The notes: a model not told the origin generated them from the sequence alone. A DNA stretch of 44,845 nt from Octopus bimaculoides (GCF_001194135.2 NC_068991.1:52976668-53021512); one strand, 5' to 3'; counted from the stretch's first letter, positions 11,835 to 23,180 are shown. A program made the numbers and translations.

Positions 11835-12601
11835 GTTCCAAAAAGCTTCCAAAGAAATATGCTTTGTTATTGTGCCTCAATGATCATTTTTTGCATGATG
11901 AGGCTGTGCAACTTTTAATTAAATATTTGGAAAATTTCGGAGTGATTGTTCACCATGCCAATAAATTTGGTAAATGTGTCTTTGAAGTATATGATATTGT
12001 TCTTCTTATAAATTCTACTGCATTGGCTGAGAGACAGAAGGCTTGGGCTGAAGGAAAAGATTATGAACAATTTTTTATGGAAGAACATTCAAGTAAGCTG
12101 ACCAATGAAACATTCATATTGATTGATGAATTAAGCCTTGCAAAAGACCGCCATAAGATTATAAGCTTGAAATTTGACCACACTCCTGACAGTCCAGTGT
12201 TTAAGCATTATCCTTCACAAAATGGAAATTTTTCTATTCCAAGAAATTTATTTGACATGGTTAAAAGTATGGTTGATGTTTCAATAAAATTTCGAGGATT
12301 TTTTAAAAAGCAAGCATTACTGAATGCCATCAGCAATGCTGCAGAATATGAAAAATGCAATAAAAATTGGTTTTCAGAAAAATATGGTGATCCCATTCCT
12401 GAAAATGTTATCTCCTCTTTAAACAGCAAAGATAGAAAAAGTATGAAAAAGAATAACAATAACTTTAATATAGATAATTCAATTAACAGCTGCAATGTAA
12501 GTGAATTGCTCCACACATTACAAAAGAAAAATGATCAAGGAATGCTGTTGAACTTTTTGAACATGAACAATATTGAAAACAGTAGTATACTAAATGTTTA
12601 A
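11835..12601 (+). CDS. IL-17 receptor-like gene, terminal exon (SEFIR-like cytoplasmic domain and Asn-rich tail)
   Basis: Acceptor tttcatctttacag, phase 1; SSKKLPKKYALLLCLNDHFLHDEAVQLLIKYLENFGVIV...YDIVLLINS...KIISLKFDH...NLFDM, the beta/alpha pattern of SEFIR/TIR domains; stop TAA 12599-12601. Confidence 0.8.
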
Positions 12602-13143
12602 GACAATCTACAAGCAATATTTTCCTTCAGTTTTATGTAACTGTATGATGGGTTAGGTTTACTTTGCAGTTTACTGTAAGACAGCTAGCCTTAACTGCCA
12701 CTGTTGTAAAGTTTTATGAAATGTTATGTTAGGGCATGACAATCTTGAAATCCTGAATCTTTTTTCAGATGTGTGTGAAGTATATAGTACTAGGAATGAA
12801 TATTTGGTTTCAGCTTACAGCTTGGTATATTTGTATGTAAAAGTTTAGTCTTTCAAATTAACACTGATTAGAAGAAAGATCACTAGTTTTTATGTAAATT
12901 ATCTACTGTTATTATGACTATAACTACTACTTATCATAAAAAGCTTTCTCTGAGTGTTTCATAATCTAATTTAGATTCTTGGCTGTGTATATTACACTCA
13001 GATGTTCCTTAGAAAGGCATGATCATTTCTTCTCATTTAGCTCTAATTACACACATTTTTTTTTTCAGTAATCTAAGTCTGTAATTTAGTTTCAAATCTG
13101 ATTTAATGCCAGTTCATCTTTCTAATATTACTGTTGTGTTTAA

Positions 13144-13354
13144 ACCTTTAGCATTTAAACCAGCCATATCTGGAACCCAAATATTCTACCTGTTTTGTGT
13201 CCAAGTCAACTACATCTGACCTCTCATACCTACACTACAATGTCATTCTAATAGTAAACAATCACATCATCATAATCTCAAAATAATACATGATCAATTC
13301 ATAATGTGAATAAATAAACATTACATTTGACAGAATAATCTGAATGCTAAAGGG
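13144..13354. mobile_element. TTAA-flanked MITE (piggyBac-type ends)
   Basis: (a)cctttagcatt ... aatgctaaaggg with ttaa on both sides; same family as 28156, 28719, 30682. Confidence 0.8.
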
Positions 13355-14773
13355 TTAAAGATATCAAACGGCAGTGTTGTAGTGAAAAAAAAGTAAGACA
13401 GAAACAATTTGTATCAAGTTCCTGGTTCCAAGATTTCACCTCAATTAGCCACTAAACTTGTAATGTCCAGCTGTTGTCAATGAAATTTAGATGGACAGAC
13501 TCTGCAGGCTTCATTCATCACCCAATAAACTTTTAAGGGTTACGGAAAACTTAAAGAAAAAAACTGAAGACACTTAAGTAACAGAGGCTGTCATGGTGAC
13601 CTTAGGTGCCTTGTGTATTCTAAGCTGAAATCCCCTTTGAGATTAAATAGGTACCAATTCTGTACTAGATCTGATTCAACCTATTCCGGTGAGAGATATG
13701 CATCTTGTACCAATATAATAAATAAAACATATTCAAGTGAGCTGAATTTAGGAGCCAGTTCTGGTTCCATTTGAAACTTATATTTCTAATAACTTTTAAA
13801 AAATTGAGAATCTCATATTTTGCTATTCCTTCATTAAAATCTCAACTCGGAAGTCTTTTGTTGATTAAACTTGAATCCTTGCTATTTTGGTGCTAGATCA
13901 TTTTAAATCAAACAATTCATCTTAGACATTTTAAATCAAACAATTCATCTTATCAGACATTGTCTGACAAACACAGAATGTGATATTTACTAATCAGACA
14001 GTCCAACTTCTTAAAACTTCTTTTTCATAAACCATTGTATATTTTCTTATACAAATATATTTTTGCTTTGGGAAAAAGACCTCAAAAAAAGCAAAAGACA
14101 ATGAGAGATACATTTTGTTGTTAAAAACATTGCATTTCTTGATTGTTTTCTTATTTGTTTTAAAAATTGTTTACATAGATAAAAAAAAAATTAAATCTGT
14201 CAGGCAAAGTGATATTTGTTAAACATAACTATTGTTATGCATTTGTATAAATAATAAAATAAATTGTTCAAACTGTCGTGTTTTTATGAATTAACTATTA
14301 ATATTTTTAATGTAAACTAACACCGAGGCTTGATCTTTCCCAAATTTATAGCAGGTATCAGATTCGTTACACACGGCCTATGTTTTTTGTTTCTTTTCTT
14401 CAAAAGATGTGCCCTTATACAAAATTTCAGTGACTGAAGTGTATAATTTTAGCCTTCAGTTTATTAGATTGATATTGGACATAAGTACCATTTTGGGACA
14501 GGCAAGCAGCTTTTCAATGGTTAGACTCAAATGACCTATCTATCATTTATTGCATTACTACATAACCAATTATACTAAGAGGATGTACAATTTCATCTCT
14601 ATAACCTCAGATGTTGGCCACTTAAGGCGGGTAGGATTGGCTCATCTATAAATGCTCTACTTGTGTATGATAATGACAGTGTTTAAATATCAGTTAAGAA
14701 CCTACTAAAATTTCATGTTTGTAGGCACTCTACTTATAATTTAAGCTCTTCAAACTTTACTAAAACACATTAT

Positions 14774-14990
14774 TCATCATCATCACCACTTAACCTCTCT
14801 ATTTTCCATGCTGGCATAGATTAGATGATTTGACAAGAGAGTCACAAGACTGCACCCAGCTCCAATGTCTGCTTTATGGTTTCTACAGCTGGATGCCCTT
14901 CCTAACATATATCACTTTATACATTGTCATGAATGCTTTTTATGTGGCACCAGCACTAGTGAGGTTGCTAAATAATTAGCAAAACAAGAC
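14774..14990 (-). mobile_element. RTE-tail/SINE repeat with (ATG)n end
   Basis: catcatcat...tttccatgctggcat...gtttctacagctggatgcccttcctaac, matching the 3' end of the RTE at 6600-6760 in reverse. Confidence 0.75.
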
Positions 14991-15116
14991 CCCACATATG
15001 GCATGGCATTATTAGTATCATTATTTTACATCTGTACAGACATTAAGTGGTAAAAAAATATAATAAAGACACATTATATTGGCAGACGAAAATTTGATCA
15101 ACACGGGCAAATGGGA

Positions 15117-15164
15117 CTGTTGTATTAAGTGATTTCAGTGTAAATTGGACTTCATCAGCAACAG
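15117..15164 (-). ncRNA. Putative minimal type I hammerhead ribozyme, intact core
   Basis: Minus strand CTGTTG CTGATGA AGTCCAATTTACACT GAAA TCACTTAATA CAACAG: 6-bp helix I, CUGAUGA, 3-bp helix II, GAAA, short helix III, AUA cleavage triplet. Confidence 0.65.
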
Positions 15165-15183
15165 GCTTTTAACTACCAAATGT

Positions 15184-15231
15184 CTGTTGGTGATGAAGCA
15201 CAAATTATACTGAAATTATGTGATACGATAG
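15184..15231 (+). ncRNA. Putative minimal type I hammerhead ribozyme, C3G variant, inverted partner of 15117-15164
   Basis: CTGTTG GTGATGA AGCACAAATTATACT GAAA TTATGTGATA CGATAG; 37/48 identical to the minus-strand copy; helix I still fully paired using G-U pairs. Confidence 0.5.
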
Positions 15232-15695
15232 CTAGTGCTGATGAAATTTCATCTACTGTTATAATCTGTGCTTTGTTAGCATTTAATGTCTACACAAGAT
15301 GATTTCTCAGGATGATAACCACAAACCACAGTTTACAGCAGAGTTTCTCAACCATTTTTTTTTTTTATCTATGAGCCCCTTTGATTACTATATTGTTCTG
15401 GTGTACTCCCATAGCCATTCAATGTTTAAAAACTACTTTTATAGAAACTTTTTTTTTCAAGATTCCTATTTTGTTTTTCACACATTAACTTCTGTAGGCT
15501 GAGCTATGTAAAACGCTTGAGAAAGAAACATCTGTTTCTTGCAATACATACATCTAAATCAAAATTTATTCAGGGGCCCTTAAAATACCACTGTAGATCC
15601 CCAATTTACAATTTTGTTCTGTGGGCCCCCCAAAATCTTATACGGACCCTGGTTGAGAACCACTGGTGTACAGCATTCGAAACAACAAGTTGGAT

Positions 15696-15900
15696 GTCAT
15701 CATCATTTAATGGTTTCCACGCTGGCTTGGGTTGGATGGTTTGACAGAAGTTGCACCTGGTTCTATCATCTATTTCAGTATTGTTTCTACAGCTTGATGC
15801 CATTCTTAAACACCAACCACTTTGAGAGTGTACTAGGTGATTTTTAAATATCACCAGCACCAACAGGATTACCAAGTAGCTTGCAAAACAAGGATCTGTC
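15696..15900 (-). mobile_element. RTE-tail/SINE repeat
   Basis: catcatcatttaatgg..gggttggatggtttgac..gtttctacagcttgatgcc..caaccact. Confidence 0.7.
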
Positions 15901-16254
15901 AACTGGGAGGGTGGGGGAGTAGTATCGAGGGTGTGTGGCTTAGTGCCATTTAAGAAATTTAAGGTATAGAGGAGACATGTGTCTTGCTGTAGAATAGATA
16001 CATAGATACTCCAGTTGGAAAACAAAGGAAAGTGACTAGAGGAGACTTTTGCACTTGGTATATATGTTTGCTTAGTGGAGTCAAAAGGGACAGTTTGGGA
16101 GGAGATTTACCTGCTATATGTAGTGTGGAATTAAATGCAAAGTAAGTATCCTGGCGATTACTGTCTTCAACTCAGAGAGCTGATAATCTGGTTTGCATGG
16201 CATATAAGTGACTGACGTCCCAACATTCCCCTTGAGAATGAGGCCTCAGTCTGC

Positions 16255-16400
16255 TGTAGGCTTACTCATTTACAGCAGACTGGACAGAGTGAAATGAAGT
16301 GTTTTTCTCAAGAACACAACACTCCACCCAGTTTGAGAACTGAAACCATGATCTTGTGATCAAAAGAGCAACACTGTGACCATTAGGCCACACACCGTCA
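16255..16400 (-). mobile_element. CORE-like SINE 5' part
   Basis: gaaatgaagtgtttttctcaagaacacaacac plus tRNA-like head remnant. Confidence 0.55.
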
Positions 16401-16814
16401 CATGAAGTTAGATGTGAAACCGGCAGAAAATGTTGAGGCTTTTTCCATGACAGTGCTCCTTTCCAAATAATGGTTGAGATATGGTAGAAAAGAAGATTCC
16501 ACAAAGTTGGTCTAGTTTGTAAGAAATAAAAAAAATGAGAGCTTACAGGTTATATAATGAATAGAGGCATCCATTGCAGCTTATATGCTGGTTTTGCAAT
16601 TGTTGTTAGCTAAAAGTTTTGTAGTTAGTAAGGATGGCTGACTTTCTCTTTTCCCCTCTACCCCAGCCACCCCACTCACCCTTACATAATGATAGAAGCC
16701 ATGTGTCTTTTCTATGGCAAGAAACCTATCCCAGACCCTTCTCTCATACTTTAACTTCTATCACCTAGCATAAAGCTCTCTTTCTCTCTCTCTTTCTCTG
16801 CTCAGTTGAAGAGC

Positions 16815-17047
16815 TTAGTCTTGCAAGCTACATGGCAAGCTCATTAATACTGGTGCCACTTAAAAAGTACCCAGTACACTGTAAAAAATGTAGTTGGCAT
16901 CAAAAAGGGCATTCAGCCACAGAAATTATGCCAAACTAAACAGTGGTGCTTGATGTAGTTCTCCAGCCTGGTGAATCCTGTCAAACTCCAACCCATACAA
17001 GAACGGAAGGAGGACATTAAAAGAGGATGATGATGATGATGATGATG
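16815..17047 (+). mobile_element. RTE-tail/SINE repeat with (ATG)n end
   Basis: aagggcattcagcc..caacccat..ggacattaaaagaggatgatgatgatgatgatgatg. Confidence 0.7.
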
Positions 17048-18180
17048 CATGTGTGTTTAGATTTACAAAAGCGAGAATTGATTCTCAATACATTGGAGTA
17101 GAATTTATTCATTTTGATCTACAGTTAATGATTTATTGTCATTCTTTAGTGTTTCTTGCCATTTGCAACTGTTCAAGTGTATTCAAAATAAATACATAAT
17201 CCTAGTAAAAGACCAGTTAAATAATTTATGGCAAAGAGAACTACTCTAGATTATGAAGAAATCCAGTTGGAACAAAGGTAAGATCTTGTATCTTCTGTTC
17301 AAGAGTCTAAGTTATTATATGAGATAGATATTTATTAACTATATGTAGGTCACACCTTCTTGCATTGTGGGTGTATGAAGTTGCTCTATCTTTGTTATTC
17401 CAGGTTTAGGGAACATTTTTAATTTTGCTATCCATTAATTTCTAGATGTATTGCAATTAAAAGTTAGAATTCTCAATCCCTTGACCTGAATGAATGAATG
17501 TGTTGATTGAATCTGATCTTAAAGTTGTTTGCAATGAGTCTTCTTGATATCATCTGTAGATATTATGCTTGCTCTATAAACCGTTGCCTTAGAGAGACAT
17601 GATACTCCAAGTGGTATTTTGAAGTTGCAAGCTGGTTGGGATAGTGGAGGTTGGCTACACATTATATTGTAGTATGAGTTCTGGGAAGCAATGCTCTCCA
17701 TACAACAACAGTTTATCTTTATGTTATTGGTGTTGGAGAACAACAAATTGGAGAATTCAGCAACAACAATAAACATTCGGAACAAAACAAAGTAAAACAA
17801 AAAGGAATACAATTAAGGAGTTTTACAATGCAAAAGAAAACAGATTTTAAACTTGAATCAGTAACAGAACAAATCCAAATATGAATTAAGTAATTATATT
17901 TTATAAATGACTTTATTTTTTTATTACTATAAAACAACATATTGTATATATTATTGGATCAAAGGAAAGAATATGAAGTCTCTTGAATAAATATACTTCC
18001 TAAGTAAACTTTTGTAACATTTGAATTGATAAATTTTATACAAAGGTAAATAAGAGCAGTCACGAAAGCATGATATTTCTTCATCTTCTATTTATTACAA
18101 AAAAAAAAGATGAAGAAAAATATGCAAGGATAAAAAAAAAGGCAGCAGTGTTGATCTAATCAAATTGACAGTGTAACTAA

Positions 18181-18668
18181 TTAGCATTTCTTTTCTTTGT
18201 GCCAATCAAGTATTTTTGTTTGCAAAATGTCCACTCCAAAATATGATGTAGTTATCACAGTATAGAAGATACTGATGAACAGACAGTACCAGCGAACAAA
18301 TGATGAACAATAAAAACAGTAGAGCATAAAAACTAACAAAATACTCCAACCTATCAAAAACACATATAAAATAGAGCGAACCAAAAACTCACTTCGTGCT
18401 CGATATGGGCCTCTTGGATTTGATTTTAATTCTGCTGAGAAAAATTTCTCTGTATAAAATTGTTTCAGCAGATTTTCTTTTGTGCTCCACGCATCTTTAC
18501 ACCAGAGTATGAGGTCATCATGTGTTTGAGGAAGTTTTTCATTTGGAAATGTACGGACATAAAAGTGAACTTCTTTTGGAAAATTTCCCATGACGATATC
18601 AATTTCATCTTGAGGAATATTAATAGGATAAGCAATTGAAAGGTCCCAAATAGCTTCCATTTGATTAT
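18181..18668 (-). CDS. LCLAT1: LCLAT1 terminal coding exon (acyltransferase C-terminal domain and TM helices)
   Basis: Acceptor ctcttttctag; DNQMEAIWDLSIAYPINIPQDEIDIVMGNFPKEVHFYVRTF...LILWCKDAWSTKENLLKQFY...KEKKC-stop. The five exons total 1128 nt = 375 aa plus stop with all phases consistent; C-terminal KKC resembles a KKxx-like ER signal. Confidence 0.95.
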
Positions 18669-19235
18669 CTAGAAAGAGTAAATGAAAAAAAAAAATAATA
18701 AAGGAGGTGAATGATCTGTTAAGTGTACATAGAGGATAGTGTTTATAAATACAATGCTTGTTTTATTCAAGCAGACAAATATTTTAATCTCTTTGCTAGT
18801 GAAGGAAATTGCACTTGTGTGAAAATGAGAAAGAAATGTAAAACAAATAAAACAGCTGCAACAACAGTAATCCAATAAGAAGCTTCTATGCTGCTGCTCA
18901 TGATGCTAGAAACAGCTACAAAATCTCCCTCACATCATATCCTGTTACCTTTAAAAAAAGGACATGTTTTAGATATACTAAAAAATTGAATGGCCATAGG
19001 TGGACTATCTTTTATTAATGGCCGACTCAATTAGAGCTGGCTTGGGTTTAAACAATAACTTTTGTTAGATGTGTTTTTACTCAAAACAGGCAGATTAGTA
19101 AACTCAATAAGATACAACCTTCAATTTGTATCAGTTCTTTGGTATTTCTCCTTAATTTACAGTCATACCTATCTTATTTGACTATGCTATACTACTAATA
19201 ATTAAAGATAAACTGTATGGCTGTAGTGAATATTT

Positions 19236-19590
19236 ATCATCATTTAATGTCCACCTTTCCATTTTTGCATGGGTCAGATGAATGCCCTTCCTGTTGCTAA
19301 CCTTCACCCATTTCCAAACAAGTTCATATTTCTTCATAGTTAGGCATGTTTTGCTCTAGAAGACTGGAAATGAACATTGTTTGTATGATGTTGAAGCATG
19401 TTTACAATCATCACAGGAATGTTAGCACAGTGGTAAAAACATGCACACACATATACACTGGACCTCTTTCAGTTTCTGTCTACAAAAATCCACTGACAAG
19501 ACTTTGGTCAACCTGGGGTTATACCATCCCAAGGCGCTGCACAGTGGGACTATCTGATTGAGAAGCAAACTTCTTAACCACACCTGCACC
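19236..19590 (-). mobile_element. tRNA-derived SINE with (ATG)n-type tail
   Basis: Minus-strand head ggtgcaggtgtggttaagaagtttgcttc; tail reads catcatttaatgtccacctttcc on plus. Confidence 0.55.
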
Positions 19591-19596
19591 TATATA

Positions 19597-20814
19597 TAGG
19601 GGTTGGACAAAATAATGGAAACACCTTAAAATTTCAAACAAATCTATTTTAATATGGGGTAGGACTGCCTTTGGCAGTAATTACAGCTTGAATTCTACAA
19701 GGTATGGACTCATACAAAGTTTGAATTGTTTCCAAAGGAATTTTTGTCCATTCTTCAGCTAAAATAATCTCCAGTTCTTGTAGTGATGACGGTAGAGGAT
19801 ATTGACTCCTTACTTATTTTTCTAAAAATGCACCATAAATGTTCAGTAATAATGAGATCTGGGGGTTGTGGTGGCCAGATAAGATGTTCAACTTCACTAG
19901 AATGTTCCTTGTGCCATTCAGTAACAATTTTAGCTGTGTGAATTGGTGCATTATCATCCTGAAAGATTGCATTACCCTCCAGAAACAGTTCTGCAACCAT
20001 AGGATAAATTTGATCAGATAAAATGCTTAAATAGTCTTGACTATTAATTCTGCCATGAAGGGAAACCTTTGGGCTGGCAGATTTCCAAGATATAGCCCTC
20101 CAGATCATCACAGATCCTCCTCCATGTTTAACAGTTGGGAGAAGGCAGTCTGGGACAAATGCTTCTTTTGGCTGTCTCCACACGTATACTTGGCCGGTAG
20201 TTGGAAATGAGATAAAGGATGACTTGTCCGAGAAAATAACATTCTTCCACTGCTCTAGAGACCAATTCTGTAAGTTTTTACTCTACTCTAAATGCTTTGC
20301 AACATTTGTTTTTGAAAGTAGTGGTTTTCTGATTGCAGCCCTCCCATGAAATCCAGCTTTGTGCAGCTTCCGGTAAACAGCTTTTGTGGAAACTGGGATC
20401 TTGAGGCGGCCATTAAGCTCTGCAGTAATTTTGGGAGCTGTACTTTTGTGATCCTTTCTAACAATTCGCATAATAGTCCGACAGTCCCTATCTGAAAGCT
20501 TTGATTTTCTTTCGGAGCTTTGTTTCGATGAGGAGGTTTTTCCCTCTTTCTCAAAGGATGTGTTGTTACTTTCGAGACAGTACTTCTTGATACACCAAAT
20601 ATTTCGGCTGTTTTTGTTATGCTAGCGCCTGCCATACGAGCACCAACAACTTGACCCTTTTGAATGTCCGATAGATCTGTCATTTTAATCAATTTTCTGA
20701 TGATATCTGAAAAGAAACAGCAATTTTAGCAAAATATATTAAGCAACACTAATAATAAATCAAAAAACATAAAAATAAACCAGCTTTTGACGGTTTTATA
20801 GATATTTCAAAATT
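19597..20814 (-). mobile_element. Tc1-like DNA transposon with decayed DD36E (Incomer-type) transposase, in LCLAT1 intron 4
   Basis: Pseudo-CDS 20683 (ATG) to 19649 (TAA), about 344 codons with frameshifts: MTDLSDIQKGQVVGARMAGASITKTAEIFGVSRSTVSKV, SDKSSF, TVKHGGGSVMIW, FQDDNAPIH...PDLIITEHLW, ending GSPTPY. One terminal sequence TA+TAGGGGTTGGACAAAATAATGGAAACACC seen; the other TIR not found before the (CA)n run. Confidence 0.92.
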
Positions 20815-20949
20815 ACACACACACACACACATATAACGGCCAAAATGGGGTACCAAAGAGTCTCTGGAGTAATATTACTTAACAGGTTGCTTAACTCAAA
20901 GATCAGAAGAGTTTCTTCAGATTGATCTGCTACTTCTCCATATTAGCTC

Positions 20950-21185
20950 TAGTACCATGGACATGTAATTAGAATGTGGTGGGAAAGAATCGAAATGTGG
21001 AATCTTCAAGTAGAGTAAACCAATAGCAGACCTAGGGTTGGACCAAGAATGAGATGGTTGGATAATATCCATAATCTTCAGTTGGTCATGCTTGGAAATC
21101 CAGCTGGAAAATCTAATGATGTTTACTTCTGATAGGACCCTAAGGAAGAGATGTCTGAATACACTACCCCAACGACCCTCCCAGA
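20950..21185 (+). mobile_element. RTE LINE 3' fragment
   Basis: RPRVGPRMRWLDNI motif; homologous to 6950-7200 in opposite orientation. Confidence 0.65.
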
Positions 21186-21223
21186 TAAAAAATATAAGTT
21201 TCAAATGATGTACACACACATAC

Positions 21224-21374
21224 CCTTACGGAGGTGTTCAGCAATATAGACAAATCCAGTGGTTTTCGGATGTAAAACATATTGATATTTTTCTAAATGG
21301 TGTTTTTCAGCATAGTCATTACTCTTCTTCACAGTCTGTTCTGTCAAATCTGTTCCTTCGGGAAATAAAAGAAC
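21224..21374 (-). CDS. LCLAT1: LCLAT1 coding exon 4 (motifs III-IV; absent from the ORF track)
   Basis: Acceptor tttattttctctgcag, donor G/gtatgt; VLLFPEGTDLTEQTVKKSNDYAEKHHLEKYQYVLHPKTTGFVYIAEHLRK; FPEGTD and LHPKTTG motifs; 151 nt. Confidence 0.95.
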
Positions 21375-22534
21375 CTGCAGAGAAAATAAACAGCAAAATA
21401 GTATTTCAGGTAAACAGCTTTTGTGGAAACTGGGATCTTGAGGCGGCCATTAAGCAGATTTTTATTTCTTAACCTGTGCAAACACTGCCTGGTGCTTCAA
21501 ACTTGTTAATGTATTGTGCACAAGGCAAGCCTTTTAAACACTAGTTTAAATATTTAAATGCATCAAATGACATTATCTTGTTCCTAGAAATGAATTTTTC
21601 AAAAATGATGGAGTCTATTTACTTTTGAGATGAACGTGTGCAAATAATTAACATCACATGAGATAGCATTGAATAAAATATATATGCGTGATGTCATTCA
21701 AGTGTAATTGGAAGAGATGAGATATCACTACAAGAATACAACTGGGAAAAATTTCAGCCCCTTACAAAAACATTCCACTCCATCCTTTACTTTCTTCAGG
21801 TCCAGTTTCCTCATTCTAAAAACAATAAAACTATGTTAAAAGAAAAAATTTTAATTTTTAAAAAAAAAATCCTATAAGCCCATCTTCACATCAAGGGAGA
21901 GAATTCTGTTTAATAGATAAGAATAACTATGACAACTTGGCATTTGAGCATCTTAACACCATTACATTACATGAAAAAGTCAATAACATCACATCTAGCC
22001 AGCTCGAAGGCTACCATAAACACTGGCTGGATTAACATCTGTGAAGAGAGTTTACTTTCAAACAAGATTAAGTGCAACTTCACCACAAGAAAAAGTAAAC
22101 TTGCTACCGTCTCTCATCTCATAAAAACATGGAAACCAGGATCAAATTTTAAAATTAGACCAACTGCAATAACATTGTAGATAGTGTCTCAAAACTTAAG
22201 AGGGTGACCTAGAAAGACCGAAAGAAAGGAATAAGTGGAGAACTTTATCAAGTAATTCAGAGAAGGAAAGTAAAAAGCAGAAAGTAGATTTTACATGTTC
22301 TATGGCATAAGGATGAGAAGCATAAAATGTTCCAGATTGCAAAGCAGTGTTTAATAAAATATTGAAATGTTGTGGAGAAGCAAGTATGAAATAATGGTAC
22401 ACTTCCTTACACTGTCACCGAGAGGAAAGAAACATGGAAGTGTTATTATTGTGATTTGCTACTGAAAGATGAGATATAAAGGTCTTTCTCATTTTAGTTA
22501 ATAGCAGTATGAGATATAATCTTTCGATAATGAC

Positions 22535-22690
22535 CACTTGTTTCAGTCATTTGACTGCAGTCATGCTGGAGCACTGCCTTGAAGGTTTTTAGTCAAACAA
22601 ATTGGCCCCAGGACTTATTTTTAAAGCCTAGTACTTATTCTATCAGTCACTTTTGCTGAACTGCTAAGTTAGGTGAGGACAAACACAAGT
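22535..22690 (-). mobile_element. SINE fragment (family also at about 32075-32280 and 34320-34650)
   Basis: Shared ttgtttcagtcattt.actg..g.catgctggagcac.gcctt...aacaaat..ccccaggactt..aagcctagta..ctatcagtc.cttttgc block in three places. Confidence 0.7.
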
Positions 22691-22843
22691 ACATATACAT
22701 ACATGTCATCATCATCATCATCATCGTTTAACGCCCGCTTTCCATGCTAGCATGGGTTGGACATGTATATATACATATATATATACATGCATATATACAT
22801 GTATATATATGTATATATATATACATATATATACATGTATACC

Positions 22844-23180
22844 CTCCTAATTAGAGTGTGATCGTTACCAACGTCGCCTTACTGGCACGCGAAAAAACAT
22901 TCAAGTGAGGTCACTGCCAGTGCTGCTGGACTGGCTCCTGTGCAGGTGGCACGTAAAAAATACCATTTGAGCGTGGCTGTTGCCAGTACTGCCTGACTGG
23001 CCCTCATGCCGGTGGCACATACAAAGCACCCACTACACTCTCGGAGTGGTTGGTGTTAGGAAGGGCATCCAGCTGTAGAAACTCTGCCAGATCAGATTGG
23101 AGCCTGGTGCAGCCATGTGATTCGCCAGTCTTCAGTTAAATCGTCCAACCCATGCTAGCATGGAAAGCAGACATTGATGA
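22844..23180 (+). mobile_element. RTE 3' UTR copy with 60-bp repeats; a short inverted tail copy lies at 22705-22762
   Basis: actggctcctgtg..ggtggcacgtaaaa units, gttaggaagggcatccagctgtagaaac, ends gacattgatgatg. Confidence 0.85.

Noticed and set aside
12208-12516. 102-aa minus-strand ORF
   Set aside because: Antisense shadow of the SEFIR exon with no recognisable motif.
15652-15666. ggttgagaaccactg, resembling a hAT/Charlie terminal repeat
   Set aside because: No partner TIR or 8-bp TSD found, so the element cannot be delimited.
17151-17278. Exon-like segment on plus with ttctttag acceptor and aaag/gtaaga donor
   Set aside because: All three frames contain stops; a non-coding exon cannot be excluded but has no support from sequence alone.
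20697-20720. CTGATGA..GAAA near the Tc1 5' end (also CTGATGA at 5235, 29197, 31198)
   Set aside because: No helices can be formed; the others fall inside RT or transposase remnants.
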